From Teichococcus wenyumeiae (GTDB taxonomy: Bacteria > Pseudomonadota > Alphaproteobacteria > Acetobacterales > Acetobacteraceae), in assembly GCF_003696345.1 (NCBI RefSeq), contig NZ_RFLX01000005.1:88777-112776 (forward strand): 24,000 nt of DNA, given 5' to 3'. A model generated the notes under the pieces. The model was not told where the DNA came from and did not search any database. It worked only from the letters and a program-made list of their open reading frames with translations. Of the stretch, positions 7,895 to 18,197 are shown one piece after another. Each line of letters starts with the position of its first letter. Position 1 is the first letter of the stretch. Made by a program: the position numbers and the translations under genes.

Positions 7895-9828
7895 ACCATA
7901 TCGCCACCCCCGACCTGGACAGCCTGGAGCACGACCTGCGCCGCGCCACCGCGGCCCTGCTGCGCCAGCAGCGCCCGGATGGCCACTGGGTCTTCGAGCT
8001 GGAGGCGGATGCCACCATCCCCGCCGAATACATCCTGCTGCGCCAGCACCTGGCCGAGCCGGATGCGCCGGAGCTGGAGGCGAAGCTCGGCCGCTACCTG
8101 CGCCGCATCCAGGGCGAGCATGGCGGCTGGCCGCTGTTCCATGGCGGCAGCTTCGATATCAGCGCCTCGGTCAAAGCCTATTTCGCGCTGAAGATGATCG
8201 GCGACGACCCGGACGCGCCGCATATGGCCCGCGCCCGCGCCGCCATCCTGGCCGCCGGCGGCGCCGCGCGCGCCAATGTCTTCACCCGCATCCTGCTGGC
8301 GCAATACGGCCAGTTGCCCTGGACGGCGGTGCCCACCACCCCGGTGGAGCTGATCCTGCTGCCGCGCTGGTTCCCGGTGCATCTCTCCCGCATGTCCTAT
8401 TGGGCGCGCACCGTGATCGTGCCGCTGCTGGTGCTGCAGGCCATGCAGGTGCGGGCGCGCAACCCGCGCGGCATCGGCGTACCGGAGCTTTTCACCGACG
8501 CCCGCCTGCCCCGGAAGAAGGTGAAGACGCACCACCACCCCGGCTGGGCCGCCTTCTTCAACGGCGTCGACCGCGTGCTGAAGGTGGCCGAGCCGATCTG
8601 GCCGCGCGGCAGCCGCCAGCGCGCCATCCAGCGCTGCGTGGACTTCGTGACGGAGCGCCTGAACGGCGAGGACGGCCTCGGCGCCATCTACCCCGCCATG
8701 GCGAACAGCGTGATGATGTACGACGCGCTGGGCTACCCGCCGGAACATCCGCACCGCGCCATCGCCCGCCGCTCGGTCGAGAAGCTGCTGGTGGTGGGTG
8801 AGGAGGAAGCCTATTGCCAGCCCTGCGTTTCCCCGGTCTGGGACACCGCGCTGGCCGCCCATGCCCTAATGGAAGCCGGCGAAGCGGAAGCCGCCCTGCG
8901 TGGCCTGGAATGGCTGAAGCCCTTGCAGGAACTGGAGGTCAAAGGCGACTGGGCCGATCAGCGCCCTGATATCCGCCCCGGCGGCTGGGCCTTCCAGTAC
9001 CGCAACGCGCATTACCCGGACCTGGACGACACCGCCGTGGTGGTCATGGCCATGGACCGCGCCCGCCGGCAGTTCGGCACCGGCACCGGCTATGACGAGG
9101 CCATCGACCGTGGCGCCGAATGGACCGTGGGGCTGCAAAGCCGCAACGGCGGCTGGGGCGCCTTCGACGCCGACAACGTCCACCACTACCTGAACAACAT
9201 CCCCTTCGCGGACCACGGCGCGCTGCTGGACCCGCCCACCGCCGATGTTTCCGCCCGCTGCGTCTCCATGCTGGCGCAGCTCGGCGAGCCGCGCGGCAGC
9301 CTGCGCATGCTGAACGCCATCGACTACCTGGAGCGGGAACAGGAGGCCGACGGAAGCTGGTTCGGCCGCTGGGGCGTGAACTACATCTACGGCACCTGGT
9401 CCGCCCTCTGCGCCCTGAACGCCGCCGGTTTCGATGCCAGCCGCCCCAGCCTGCGGCGCGGCGCCGACTGGCTGCTCCGCATCCAGAACGCCGATGGCGG
9501 CTGGGGCGAGGACTGCGACAGCTACAAGCTGGACTACAAGGGCTATGAGCCCGCCGCCTCCACCGCCTCCCAGACCGCCTGGGCGCTGCTGGGCCTGATG
9601 GCGGCGGGCGAGGTGGACCATCCGGCCGTGGCGCGCGGTATCGCCTGGCTGCGGGAACACCAGGAAGAAGACGGGCTCTGGGGCCAGGAAGCCTATACCG
9701 GCGGCGGCTTCCCGCGCGTCTTCTATCTGCGCTACCACGGCTACCCGAAGTTCTTCCCGCTCTGGGCCATGGCGCGCTACCGCAACCTGCGGCAGGGCAA
9801 CAGCCGGCAGGTGGTGCATGGGATGTAA
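7891..9828 (+). CDS. shc: Squalene-hopene cyclase
   Basis: 645 aa; repeated QW-type motifs (QRPDGHWVFELE, GSWFGRWGVNYIYGTW, NADGGWGEDC), catalytic YPDLDDTAVVVMA (DxDDTA), C-terminal GFPRVFYLRYHGYPKFFPLWAMARY. ATG at 7891 in ATGA overlap with hpnE. Confidence 0.97.
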   Translation: MNHIATPDLDSLEHDLRRATAALLRQQRPDGHWVFELEADATIPAEYILLRQHLAEPDAPELEAKLGRYLRRIQGEHGGWPLFHGGSFDISASVKAYFALKMIGDDPDAPHMARARAAILAAGGAARANVFTRILLAQYGQLPWTAVPTTPVELILLPRWFPVHLSRMSYWARTVIVPLLVLQAMQVRARNPRGIGVPELFTDARLPRKKVKTHHHPGWAAFFNGVDRVLKVAEPIWPRGSRQRAIQRCVDFVTERLNGEDGLGAIYPAMANSVMMYDALGYPPEHPHRAIARRSVEKLLVVGEEEAYCQPCVSPVWDTALAAHALMEAGEAEAALRGLEWLKPLQELEVKGDWADQRPDIRPGGWAFQYRNAHYPDLDDTAVVVMAMDRARRQFGTGTGYDEAIDRGAEWTVGLQSRNGGWGAFDADNVHHYLNNIPFADHGALLDPPTADVSARCVSMLAQLGEPRGSLRMLNAIDYLEREQEADGSWFGRWGVNYIYGTWSALCALNAAGFDASRPSLRRGADWLLRIQNADGGWGEDCDSYKLDYKGYEPAASTASQTAWALLGLMAAGEVDHPAVARGIAWLREHQEEDGLWGQEAYTGGGFPRVFYLRYHGYPKFFPLWAMARYRNLRQGNSRQVVHGM

Positions 9829-9830
9829 GG

Positions 9831-9876
9831 CTGGGGGAATGAATTCCCCCAGGCCCCCTTCTTCTCTTTTCGAGTT
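9831..9876 (+). repeat. Repeat unit A1: CTGGGGGAA-TGAA-TTCCCCCAG hairpin plus CCCCCTTCTTCTCTTTTCGAGTT tail; probable terminator of the hpnA-shc operon
   Basis: 9-bp perfect stem at 9831-9852, two nt after the shc stop codon, followed by a pyrimidine/T-rich tail; similar to three other units. Confidence 0.8.
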
Positions 9877-9916
9877 CACGGGTGCGCCTGCGGCGGCACC
9901 CTCCCACTCCGGTTCG

Positions 9917-9941
9917 CGCCGGAGGTCATGGACCTCCGGCG
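9917..9941 (+). other. Perfect 11-bp stem hairpin CGCCGGAGGTC-ATG-GACCTCCGGCG inside the A1/A2 doublet
   Basis: Exact inverted repeat read from sequence; loop ATG is an in-frame upstream start for the hpnG frame. Confidence 0.8.
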
Positions 9942-10004
9942 ACTGCCGCCGTCATGCGCGCGGCCTTTGTGTCAGAAGCCGCGCGACACTCCACGCCAGT
10001 GTCA

Positions 10005-10050
10005 AACTCGAAGAAAAAAGAAGGGGTTCCAGGGGAATTCATTCCCCTGG
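10005..10050 (-). repeat. Repeat unit A2, inverted relative to A1
   Basis: Plus strand AAACTCGAAGAAAAAAGAAGGGGTTCCAGGGGAATTCATTCCCCTGG; reverse complement gives CCAGGGGAA-TGAA-TTCCCCTGG then AACCCCTTCTTTTTTCTTCGAGTTT. Confidence 0.8.
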
Positions 10051-10668
10051 CCTTTTCCGCCCATGACCATCCTCGCCGCCACTGGCCTGCATCGCGAGGC
10101 CCGCATCCTCGCCGCCACTGGCGTCCAGCCCATTCCTGGGGGCGGCGACGCCGCACGGCTGGAAGCCGAGTTGAACCGGCTGGCGCCAAGCGCGCGAGGC
10201 ATCATCAGCATCGGCATTGCGGGCGCGCTGGCGCCGGGGCTCCGCCCCGGAGACTGGGTGGTGGCGGAGATGGTGCTGGGGGATGAAGCCGCCGCCACCG
10301 ATGCGGCCTGGGCGGCAAGGCTGGCCGCTGCCCTGCCCGGCGCGCGGATTGGCACCATGCTGGGGCAGGATGCCATGGCGGCGGAGGCGGCGGCAAAAGC
10401 CGCGCTGCACCGGGCCACGGGCGCGCTGACGGTGGATATGGAATCGCATGTGGCGGCGCGGGTGGCGCGGCGGCATGGGCTGCCGCTGGCCGTGGCGCGG
10501 GTGGTGTCGGATGCGGCGCGGCGCACCCTGCCGCAGGCCGCATGCGTCGGCATGCGGCCGGATGGTGGGGTGGACCTGCCGGCGGTGCTGCGGGCGCTGG
10601 CCAGGGCGCCCTGGCAGCTTCCCGCCCTGGTACGGACGGGGTGGGAAGCGGAGTTGGCCTTCCGGGCC

Positions 10669-11865
<1,197 letters not shown>

Positions 11866-11879
11866 GGCTGCGCTCCTCT

Positions 11880-12848
11880 CTACTGCACGGGTTTAACGAC
11901 CGGCAGAACAGCCGTCGTGGTCTCGATGGTTCTGAGCTCGGGTGGCAGACGGAATTCCACATCCTCGCGGATTCCGTTCATCTGGCTCACCTCGGCAGCG
12001 CCATACCTGCGCAGCGCCCCGATCACGTCAAGAACCAAATGCTCGGGCGCCGAGGCGCCGGCGGTCAATCCCACCGTGCGCACGCCTTGCAGCCAGCCAG
12101 GGTCAAGCTCGCTGGAATCGGCGATCAGGTGGCTCGGCAGGCCCAGTTCCGTGCCGATTTCCCGTAAGCGATTGGAATTGGAGCTGTTGCGGCTGCCCAC
12201 CACCAGCAGCAGGTCCACCTCGGCGCAGAGGTCCCGCACCGCCGCCTGCCGGTGCTGCGTCGCATAGCAGATATCCGAAACCTCGGGGCCTTGCAGGTCG
12301 CTGAACCGCGCCTCCAGCGCCGCGATGACGCCGCGCGTGTCGTCCACGCTCAAGGTGGTCTGGGTGATATAGGCCAGCGGCGCATCGGCCGGCAGCGCCA
12401 GCCGCGCCACGTCCTCGGCCGAGGCTACCAGATGCACCGGCGCCCCCACCTGCCCCAGCGTGCCCTCCACCTCCGGGTGCCCGGCATGGCCGATCAGCAC
12501 CAGGGTGCGGCCCCGCGCCACGTATTGCCGCCCCTGCGCATGCACCTTGGAAACCAGCGGGCAGGTGGCATCCAGTACCGGCAGGCCGCGCCGCCCCGCC
12601 TCATCCACCACCGACTGCGGCACGCCATGGGCGCTGAAGACCGTGACGGCGCCATCCGGCACCTCTGCCAGGTCCTCGACAAAGATGGCGCCCTTGCGCT
12701 GCAGCTCCTCCACCACATGGCGGTTGTGCACGATCTCATGGCGGACATAGACGGGCGCGCCGAACTTCTGCAGGGACCTTTCGACGATCTCGATGGCCCG
12801 CACCACCCCGGCACAGAAGCCGCGCGGCTGCGCCAGTAGTATCCGCAT
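11880..12848 (-). CDS. ispH: 4-hydroxy-3-methylbut-2-enyl diphosphate reductase IspH
   Basis: [27 protein letters not shown] ... [32 protein letters not shown] ... [13 protein letters not shown]. Confidence 0.97.
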   Translation of the reverse strand: MRILLAQPRGFCAGVVRAIEIVERSLQKFGAPVYVRHEIVHNRHVVEELQRKGAIFVEDLAEVPDGAVTVFSAHGVPQSVVDEAGRRGLPVLDATCPLVSKVHAQGRQYVARGRTLVLIGHAGHPEVEGTLGQVGAPVHLVASAEDVARLALPADAPLAYITQTTLSVDDTRGVIAALEARFSDLQGPEVSDICYATQHRQAAVRDLCAEVDLLLVVGSRNSSNSNRLREIGTELGLPSHLIADSSELDPGWLQGVRTVGLTAGASAPEHLVLDVIGALRRYGAAEVSQMNGIREDVEFRLPPELRTIETTTAVLPVVKPVQ

Positions 12849-13047
12849 ACAGGTCCCCCCATCGCCCGGCGCCGGCCATGCCGCCGCGTCAGACCCCGGC
12901 TGAACCTATGCCGCCCCAGCCCCGGCGCGATAGCCGCTTTCCGCCGCCCGGCGGGAACACTGCGGTGAGGAGGCACCCCCGCTTCGTCAGCGGCTTTTGA
13001 TCCAGGCCGCCTCGGAGCCGGGCCGCGCGGCATGCTATGGGCCGCAC

Positions 13048-13668
13048 ATGAGCATCCCACGCCGTTCCTTCCTGTTCATGGGCCTGTCCCTGGCCCTCGT
13101 CCTCGGGCCGCTGGCGCCGCTCGCCGCCCAGCCGGCCGCCGACCCGGCCGCGCAGCCGGTCGAGCAGCTGCACGCGGCGCTGCTGCAGGCCATGCAGCAG
13201 GCGCAGTCCCTGGGCGTGGAAGGCCGCGCCAAGCTGCTGACCGCGCCCGTGGAGCAGGCTTTCGACCTGCCCGGCATGGCCCGCACCGCCGTGGGCGCCC
13301 GCTGGTCCGGCTTCACGCCGGAGGAGCAGAAGGCGGTGGCGGAAGCCTTCCGGCGCTACACGATCGCCAGCTATGCCCGCAACTTCAGCGGCTTCAGCGG
13401 CCAGAGCTTCACCACCAACCGGGTGGAGCCGCAGGGCGAGGACAAGGTGGTGATCACCACCCTGAACAACCCCGGCGGCGCCCCGGTGAACCTGACCTAC
13501 CGCCTGCGCCAGACCGGCGGCGCCTGGAAGATCATCGACGTGCTGCACGATTCCATCAGCGAACTGGCCATCCGCCGCTCGGAATTCTCCGGCGCCGTGC
13601 GCCAGGGCGGGGCTGGGCTGCTGGTGCAGCGGCTGAACGAACAATCCGACCGGCTGATGCGGCCCTGA
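13048..13668 (+). CDS. hpnM: Hopanoid-associated MlaC/Ttg2D-like periplasmic lipid-binding protein HpnM
   Basis: N-terminal signal-like MSIPRRSFLFMGLSLALVLGPLAPLAAQPA; body GMARTAVGARWSGFTPEEQKAVAEAFRRYTIASYARNFSGFSGQSF...VNLTYRLRQTGGAWKIIDVLHDSISELAIRRSEF. Confidence 0.88.
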   Translation: MSIPRRSFLFMGLSLALVLGPLAPLAAQPAADPAAQPVEQLHAALLQAMQQAQSLGVEGRAKLLTAPVEQAFDLPGMARTAVGARWSGFTPEEQKAVAEAFRRYTIASYARNFSGFSGQSFTTNRVEPQGEDKVVITTLNNPGGAPVNLTYRLRQTGGAWKIIDVLHDSISELAIRRSEFSGAVRQGGAGLLVQRLNEQSDRLMRP

Positions 13669-13836
13669 GAAGGAGGGACGGGGGAGTGGAACCCCCTCCC
13701 CCCATCTCTTCCAGGTTTTGGTTCGCGACCTGGGCGGCAACCCAGCCAAGGATGACCGGGCGGGCCGGTACGCCCCACTGGAAAGCCGGATGCCGGCTTC
13801 CCCGCCGATGAACCGCCGCTGGGCGGCGGCCGCCCC

Positions 13837-14643
13837 CTAAGCGCCCGCGAAGGGAGGTTTGCTGAAGCCCGCCGGGGACAGGGTGAAGATCTCGCAGCCG
13901 CTCTCGGTCACGCCGATGCTGTGCTCGAACTGTGCGGAAAGGCTGCGGTCACGGGTCACGGCCGTCCAGCCGTCGCTGAGCACCTTCACATCCGCCCGGC
14001 CGGCATTGACCATGGGCTCCACCGTCAGAAACATGCCGGGGCGGAGCACCACGCCCTTGCCCTTCTGGCCATGGTTCAGGACATCTGGCGCGTCATGGTA
14101 GGCACGGCCGAGGCCGTGGCCACAGAAGTCCCGCACCACGCTGAACCGCGCCGCCTCGACATGGCCCTGCATGGCGTGGCCGATATCGCCGAGCGTCGCG
14201 CCGGGGCGCACCGCGGCGATGCCCCGCATCATCGCCTCATAGGCGACCTCGATCAGCCGGGCCGCCCGGGTGCTGATCCTGCCGACCGTGTACATGCGGC
14301 TGCTGTCCCCATGCCACCCGTCGAGGATAACGGCGAGGTCGATGTTGAGGATGTCCCCCTCCATCAGCGCGCGGCTGCCGGGGATGCCGTGGCAAACGAC
14401 ATGGTTCAGGGAGATGCAGGTCGCATGGGAATAGCCGCGGTAGCCGAGCGAGGCCGGCACGGCGCCATGATCGAGAATGAACGCGTGGCACAGCCGGTCC
14501 AGCCCGGCCGTGGACATGCCCTCATGGACATGCGCGGTCACCATGTCGAGGGTCGCCGCCGCAAGCTTCCCCGCCGCGCGCATGCCGGCGAAATCCTCGG
14601 GCGTGTGGAGCCTGATGCGCCGGTCGTCGACGATGTTGTTCAT
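13837..14643 (-). CDS. map: Type I methionine aminopeptidase
   Basis: MNNIVDDRRIRLHTPEDFAGMRAAGKLAAATLDMV ... CISLNHVVCHGIP ... ILNIDLAVILDGWHGDSSRMYTVG ... DFCGHGLGRAYHDAPDVLN ... LTVEPMVNAG. Confidence 0.95.
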   Translation of the reverse strand: MNNIVDDRRIRLHTPEDFAGMRAAGKLAAATLDMVTAHVHEGMSTAGLDRLCHAFILDHGAVPASLGYRGYSHATCISLNHVVCHGIPGSRALMEGDILNIDLAVILDGWHGDSSRMYTVGRISTRAARLIEVAYEAMMRGIAAVRPGATLGDIGHAMQGHVEAARFSVVRDFCGHGLGRAYHDAPDVLNHGQKGKGVVLRPGMFLTVEPMVNAGRADVKVLSDGWTAVTRDRSLSAQFEHSIGVTESGCEIFTLSPAGFSKPPFAGA

Positions 14644-14686
14644 GCTGACTGGTTCATGACGGCCTGAGGCGTATCGGGGAAAAGGC

Positions 14687-15307
14687 TCAAGCCGCCTGCG
14701 TGCTTCCGGCGCGCTGGCCTGCACTGGCGAGCGGCACCCCCGCATGCAGTTCCGCGATCATCTGCCCGGCGAAGGCCGGTATGGAACTGTCTGTCAGAAG
14801 ATACGGCCGGAGGATGGCGATGGGCGCGTCAAAGATCAGGAACTTGGCGCGCGCGAGGTCTTCCTCCCGGATGGCGCCGCTGCCGACGGCCTGGGCGATG
14901 CAGGCGCGGAATGCCGCGTCCATCTCCTCCTCCAGCCGCTCCATCTCCTGCCGCAGCGGCTCCGGAGGGGGTGTATCCTCAAACAGGGAAACGGGCTCGT
15001 GCAGCAGCAGGAAGCGGGCCCGCTGGCGGTCCTCGCCTGACCAGGGCAGCAGCGCCAGGGCGGCCTCGCGCGGCCGCCCGGCCCGCAGCAACGGCGCCAG
15101 CAGCCTGGTCAGGGAGCCGTAGCTGTCGTTCCAGGCCGCGGCGAGGATGGCGGAGCGGGATGCGAAGCGATGATAGATCGAGCCAGTCGGGGCACCGACC
15201 CGGCGGGCGATGGCCTGCAGGGTTGCGGCGCCCGGCCCTCCCTCGGCCACAAGGGCGATGGCGGCGTCGATGAAGTGCTCTGCCGAGAAGCGCGCGGTTC
15301 TGACCAT
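14687..15307 (-). CDS. TetR/AcrR-family transcriptional regulator
   Basis: N-terminal HTH: FIDAAIALVAEGGPGAATLQAIARRVGAPTGSIYHRFASRSAILAAAW. Confidence 0.92.
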   Translation of the reverse strand: MVRTARFSAEHFIDAAIALVAEGGPGAATLQAIARRVGAPTGSIYHRFASRSAILAAAWNDSYGSLTRLLAPLLRAGRPREAALALLPWSGEDRQRARFLLLHEPVSLFEDTPPPEPLRQEMERLEEEMDAAFRACIAQAVGSGAIREEDLARAKFLIFDAPIAILRPYLLTDSSIPAFAGQMIAELHAGVPLASAGQRAGSTQAA

Positions 15308-15313
15308 GCAAAT

Positions 15314-15342
15314 AGACTAATCATTCTAGAATGGTCTGTCCA
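15314..15342 (-). promoter_or_regulatory. Candidate tetR promoter (TGGACA-N17-TAGTCT) with the 12-bp palindrome CATTCTAGAATG in its spacer
   Basis: Minus strand reads TGGACA GACCATTCTAGAATGAT TAGTCT ATTTGC ATG; palindrome at 15322-15333; only 6 nt between the -10-like hexamer and the ATG. Confidence 0.55.
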
Positions 15343-15468
15343 TATGACGACATCCGCGCCGGCCATCCCTTATGCGAGGGCGCGGCCCGGCACGGGGCTC
15401 CGGCCGCAGGCCCATTCGCAAACCCCAAAGAACCGAAGGCGGCTTGGGGGACATTCATCACCCAGCCC

Positions 15469-18057
15469 TTACCGCGCCGGCTTCGCCAGCAGCGCCGGTT
15501 GCAGCAGCAGCGTCGTCACCAGCACCCAGAAGAGCGAAAGCATCAGCAGCAGCCCCATGCTGGCCGTGCCGGGGTGGCTGGAGAGCCAGAGGTTGCCGAA
15601 GCCGGTGGCCGTGGTCAGGGCGCTGAACAGGATGGCGCGGGTCAGGCTGGAGGGCAGCAGGCGGCTCTCGCCCTTCCGCCAGGCCATGACGAAATAGATG
15701 TTGAAGGCCACGCCGATGCCGAACAGCAGCGGCAGGGCGATGATATTGGCGAAGTTCAGCGGCAGCCCCAGCACCACGCAGGAGGCCAGCGTCAGCAGGC
15801 CGCTGAGCAGCACCGGCAGCACCGTCAGCAGCACGTCCCGCAGCCGCCGCAGGATCACGGCCAGCAGCAGCGTGATGGCGATGCCGGACAGCAGCCCGGC
15901 CTGCTGGAAGGCGGTGACGATGGTGCCCGCGGCGCCCTGGATGGAAATGGGGGCCCCCACCGCATCCGGCGCCACCGCCTGCACGGCGGCGGAGAAGCGC
16001 TGCAGCACCGCGTTGTCGTTGGAATCCCCGCGCGGGAAGACCTGGATCAGCGGGCGGCCATCCCGCGCCACCCAGTCGGCCACCAGGTCGGGCGGCAGGG
16101 TCTCGGCGGTCACCGGGCCGGCATCCAGCATGGCGCGGATCTGGCCGAGCAGGGTGCGCAGCGGCGGGATCACCGCCTCGGCCAGGGCCACGCGGGTGGT
16201 GGCGGGGCCGGCGGCCAGGGCATCCAGCGCCGTGGCCAGCCGGCGCGCGGCGATGGCGGCGGGGGTCTGCTCCTGCTCGGCGGCGGCGCGGAGGGCGACG
16301 GCGGTGGCGATCATGGCGCGCACCACATCGGCATCCGTGGGGGCGGAGCGCACGCGTGGCGGATCCAGCGTCAGGGCCAGCAGGTCCGCCGCATCCGCGA
16401 TGGCGGCCAGCTTTTCCGGCTGCTGCTCCGGGATGAAGCTCTTGAGGGAGACGACCTGCGCCACTTCCGGCAGGGCGGCAAGGCGGGCGGACAGGGCATC
16501 GACCGCCTCCAGGGAGGGCGCCAGCACGCTGATGGTATTGGGCGTGCGGTCCGGGTCCCGCATCAGGTCCTCCAGCGTGGCGATGGATTCGGCCTTCTGG
16601 CTGCGCAGGTGGATGGGGTTGAAGTCGAAATGCAGGCGCGGCAGCACAGCCAGCGAGGCCAGGGCCGCCACCACGGCCAGCCCCATCACCAGCCGGTGGC
16701 GGCGGTGCAGCCAGCCTTCCAGCGGCGCCAGGGCGGGCCAGCCGACCTCCGCCTGCTTGCCGCGCGGGCGCAGCAGCACCACCAGCGCCGGCAGCAGCGT
16801 GATGGACAGCAGGAAAGCCACCACCATGCCCATGCCGGCGATGATGCCGAGTTCCGAGACGCCCAGGAAGCTGGTGGGCAGGAAGGCGAAGAAGCCCACC
16901 GCGGTGGCCAGCGCCGCCAGCGCCAGGGAGGCGCCGACGCCCCGCCCGGCCGCCGCCAGCGCGGCGCGGTCATCGGCCTGCCCCAGCCGCTCGGCCCGGA
17001 AGCGGACGCAGACCTGGATGCCGAAATCCACCCCCAGCCCCACGAAAAGCGGGATGAAGGCCACCGAGATCAGGTTGAAGCGCCCGGCCACCAGCAGCCC
17101 CAGCCCGGCGGTGATCACCAGTCCGATCAGCGTGGTCAACAGAATGGCGCCAACCAGCCGGGCGGAACGCACTGCCAGCCAGAGCATGACCACCAGCGCC
17201 AGCAGCATGGCGCCGCCCATCACCTCGCCGCCCTCGGCCAGGGTGCCGAATTCCTCGTCGGCCATGGGCACCGGGCCGGTCAGGCGCACCGTGACGCCAT
17301 GCGCCGGGTCCAGCCTCAGCTCCCGCGCCGCGGCGCGGATGGCATCGGTGGCGCGGGTGCCCGGCTGCAGGTTGGAATAGTCCAGCTCCGGCCGCATCAG
17401 GATGAAGCGGCGCAGCATGCGCGTGCCGGCCGGCTGGTCGGAGAAGAGGTTCTGCCAGGAAAAGAAGGTGGGCCGGCCCTCCACCACCCGGGTGAAGGTT
17501 TCCGCCAGCGCCGAGAGCGGACGGGCGATGTCGTCAAGCCGGGCCTGCCCCATCTCCACCCCGCGCAGCACGGTGTCCAGCGCGCCCATCACGCCGCGCA
17601 GGCTGGGATCGGCGGCCAGGGGGCCGAGGAAGGGCTGGGCCTCGATCAGCTTCTCCGTGGCCGCCTGCACTTCCTCCAGCGGCAGCAGCATCAGGCCGTG
17701 GTGGTCGAAGAAGGGGCCGCCATCGGGGCGGTGCACGTCGTGCAGCAGCTCCGGCATGGCCTTGAGCCGCTCGGTCAGGCGCGCGGCGCCGGATTCGGCC
17801 AGTTCCGGCGTGGCGCCATCCACCACCACCACGACGAGGTTGTGCAACTGGGGGAAATTGGCCTCGTAGGCCAGCTCGCCCTGCCGCCAGGGCAGGTCGG
17901 TGGCGATCAACTCCGCCGTATCGGCCGTCAGCGCGAAATGGCGGCTGCTGTAGAAGCCGGCGCCCAGCGCCAGCAGCAGCGCCAGCAGCAGCGTGAGCCA
18001 GGGCCACCGGGTGCCCGCCGCGACGATCCGGGCAGTCAGGGATGTCTGGGTGAACAC
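15469..18057 (-). CDS. hpnN: Hopanoid transporter HpnN (RND/MMPL-type)
   Basis: 862 aa; MFTQTSLTARIVAAGTRWPWLTLLLALLLALGAGFYSSRHFALTADTAELIATDLPWRQGELAYEANFPQ; SSD-like cluster IPLFVGLGVDFGIQVCVRFRAER ... TAVGFFAFLPTSFLGVSELGIIAGMG. Confidence 0.93.
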   Translation of the reverse strand: MFTQTSLTARIVAAGTRWPWLTLLLALLLALGAGFYSSRHFALTADTAELIATDLPWRQGELAYEANFPQLHNLVVVVVDGATPELAESGAARLTERLKAMPELLHDVHRPDGGPFFDHHGLMLLPLEEVQAATEKLIEAQPFLGPLAADPSLRGVMGALDTVLRGVEMGQARLDDIARPLSALAETFTRVVEGRPTFFSWQNLFSDQPAGTRMLRRFILMRPELDYSNLQPGTRATDAIRAAARELRLDPAHGVTVRLTGPVPMADEEFGTLAEGGEVMGGAMLLALVVMLWLAVRSARLVGAILLTTLIGLVITAGLGLLVAGRFNLISVAFIPLFVGLGVDFGIQVCVRFRAERLGQADDRAALAAAGRGVGASLALAALATAVGFFAFLPTSFLGVSELGIIAGMGMVVAFLLSITLLPALVVLLRPRGKQAEVGWPALAPLEGWLHRRHRLVMGLAVVAALASLAVLPRLHFDFNPIHLRSQKAESIATLEDLMRDPDRTPNTISVLAPSLEAVDALSARLAALPEVAQVVSLKSFIPEQQPEKLAAIADAADLLALTLDPPRVRSAPTDADVVRAMIATAVALRAAAEQEQTPAAIAARRLATALDALAAGPATTRVALAEAVIPPLRTLLGQIRAMLDAGPVTAETLPPDLVADWVARDGRPLIQVFPRGDSNDNAVLQRFSAAVQAVAPDAVGAPISIQGAAGTIVTAFQQAGLLSGIAITLLLAVILRRLRDVLLTVLPVLLSGLLTLASCVVLGLPLNFANIIALPLLFGIGVAFNIYFVMAWRKGESRLLPSSLTRAILFSALTTATGFGNLWLSSHPGTASMGLLLMLSLFWVLVTTLLLQPALLAKPAR

Positions 18058-18197
18058 ATCGGCACCTTGCGCTGGAAGGATGGCGCCGGCCCCCTTTGGG
18101 CGGCGGCATGTTGTCTTCAGCGGTCGCGGGCCGGGCGGTCAAGGCCCCGCCGGTGGCCTGGGGCCGCCCGCCGCAGGGGCGGGACGGCCCCCGGCGC

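Noticed and set aside
7000-8862. 620-aa minus-strand ORF opposite hpnE/shc
   Set aside because: GC-driven antisense ORF over two well-supported genes; composition biased and no recognisable motif.
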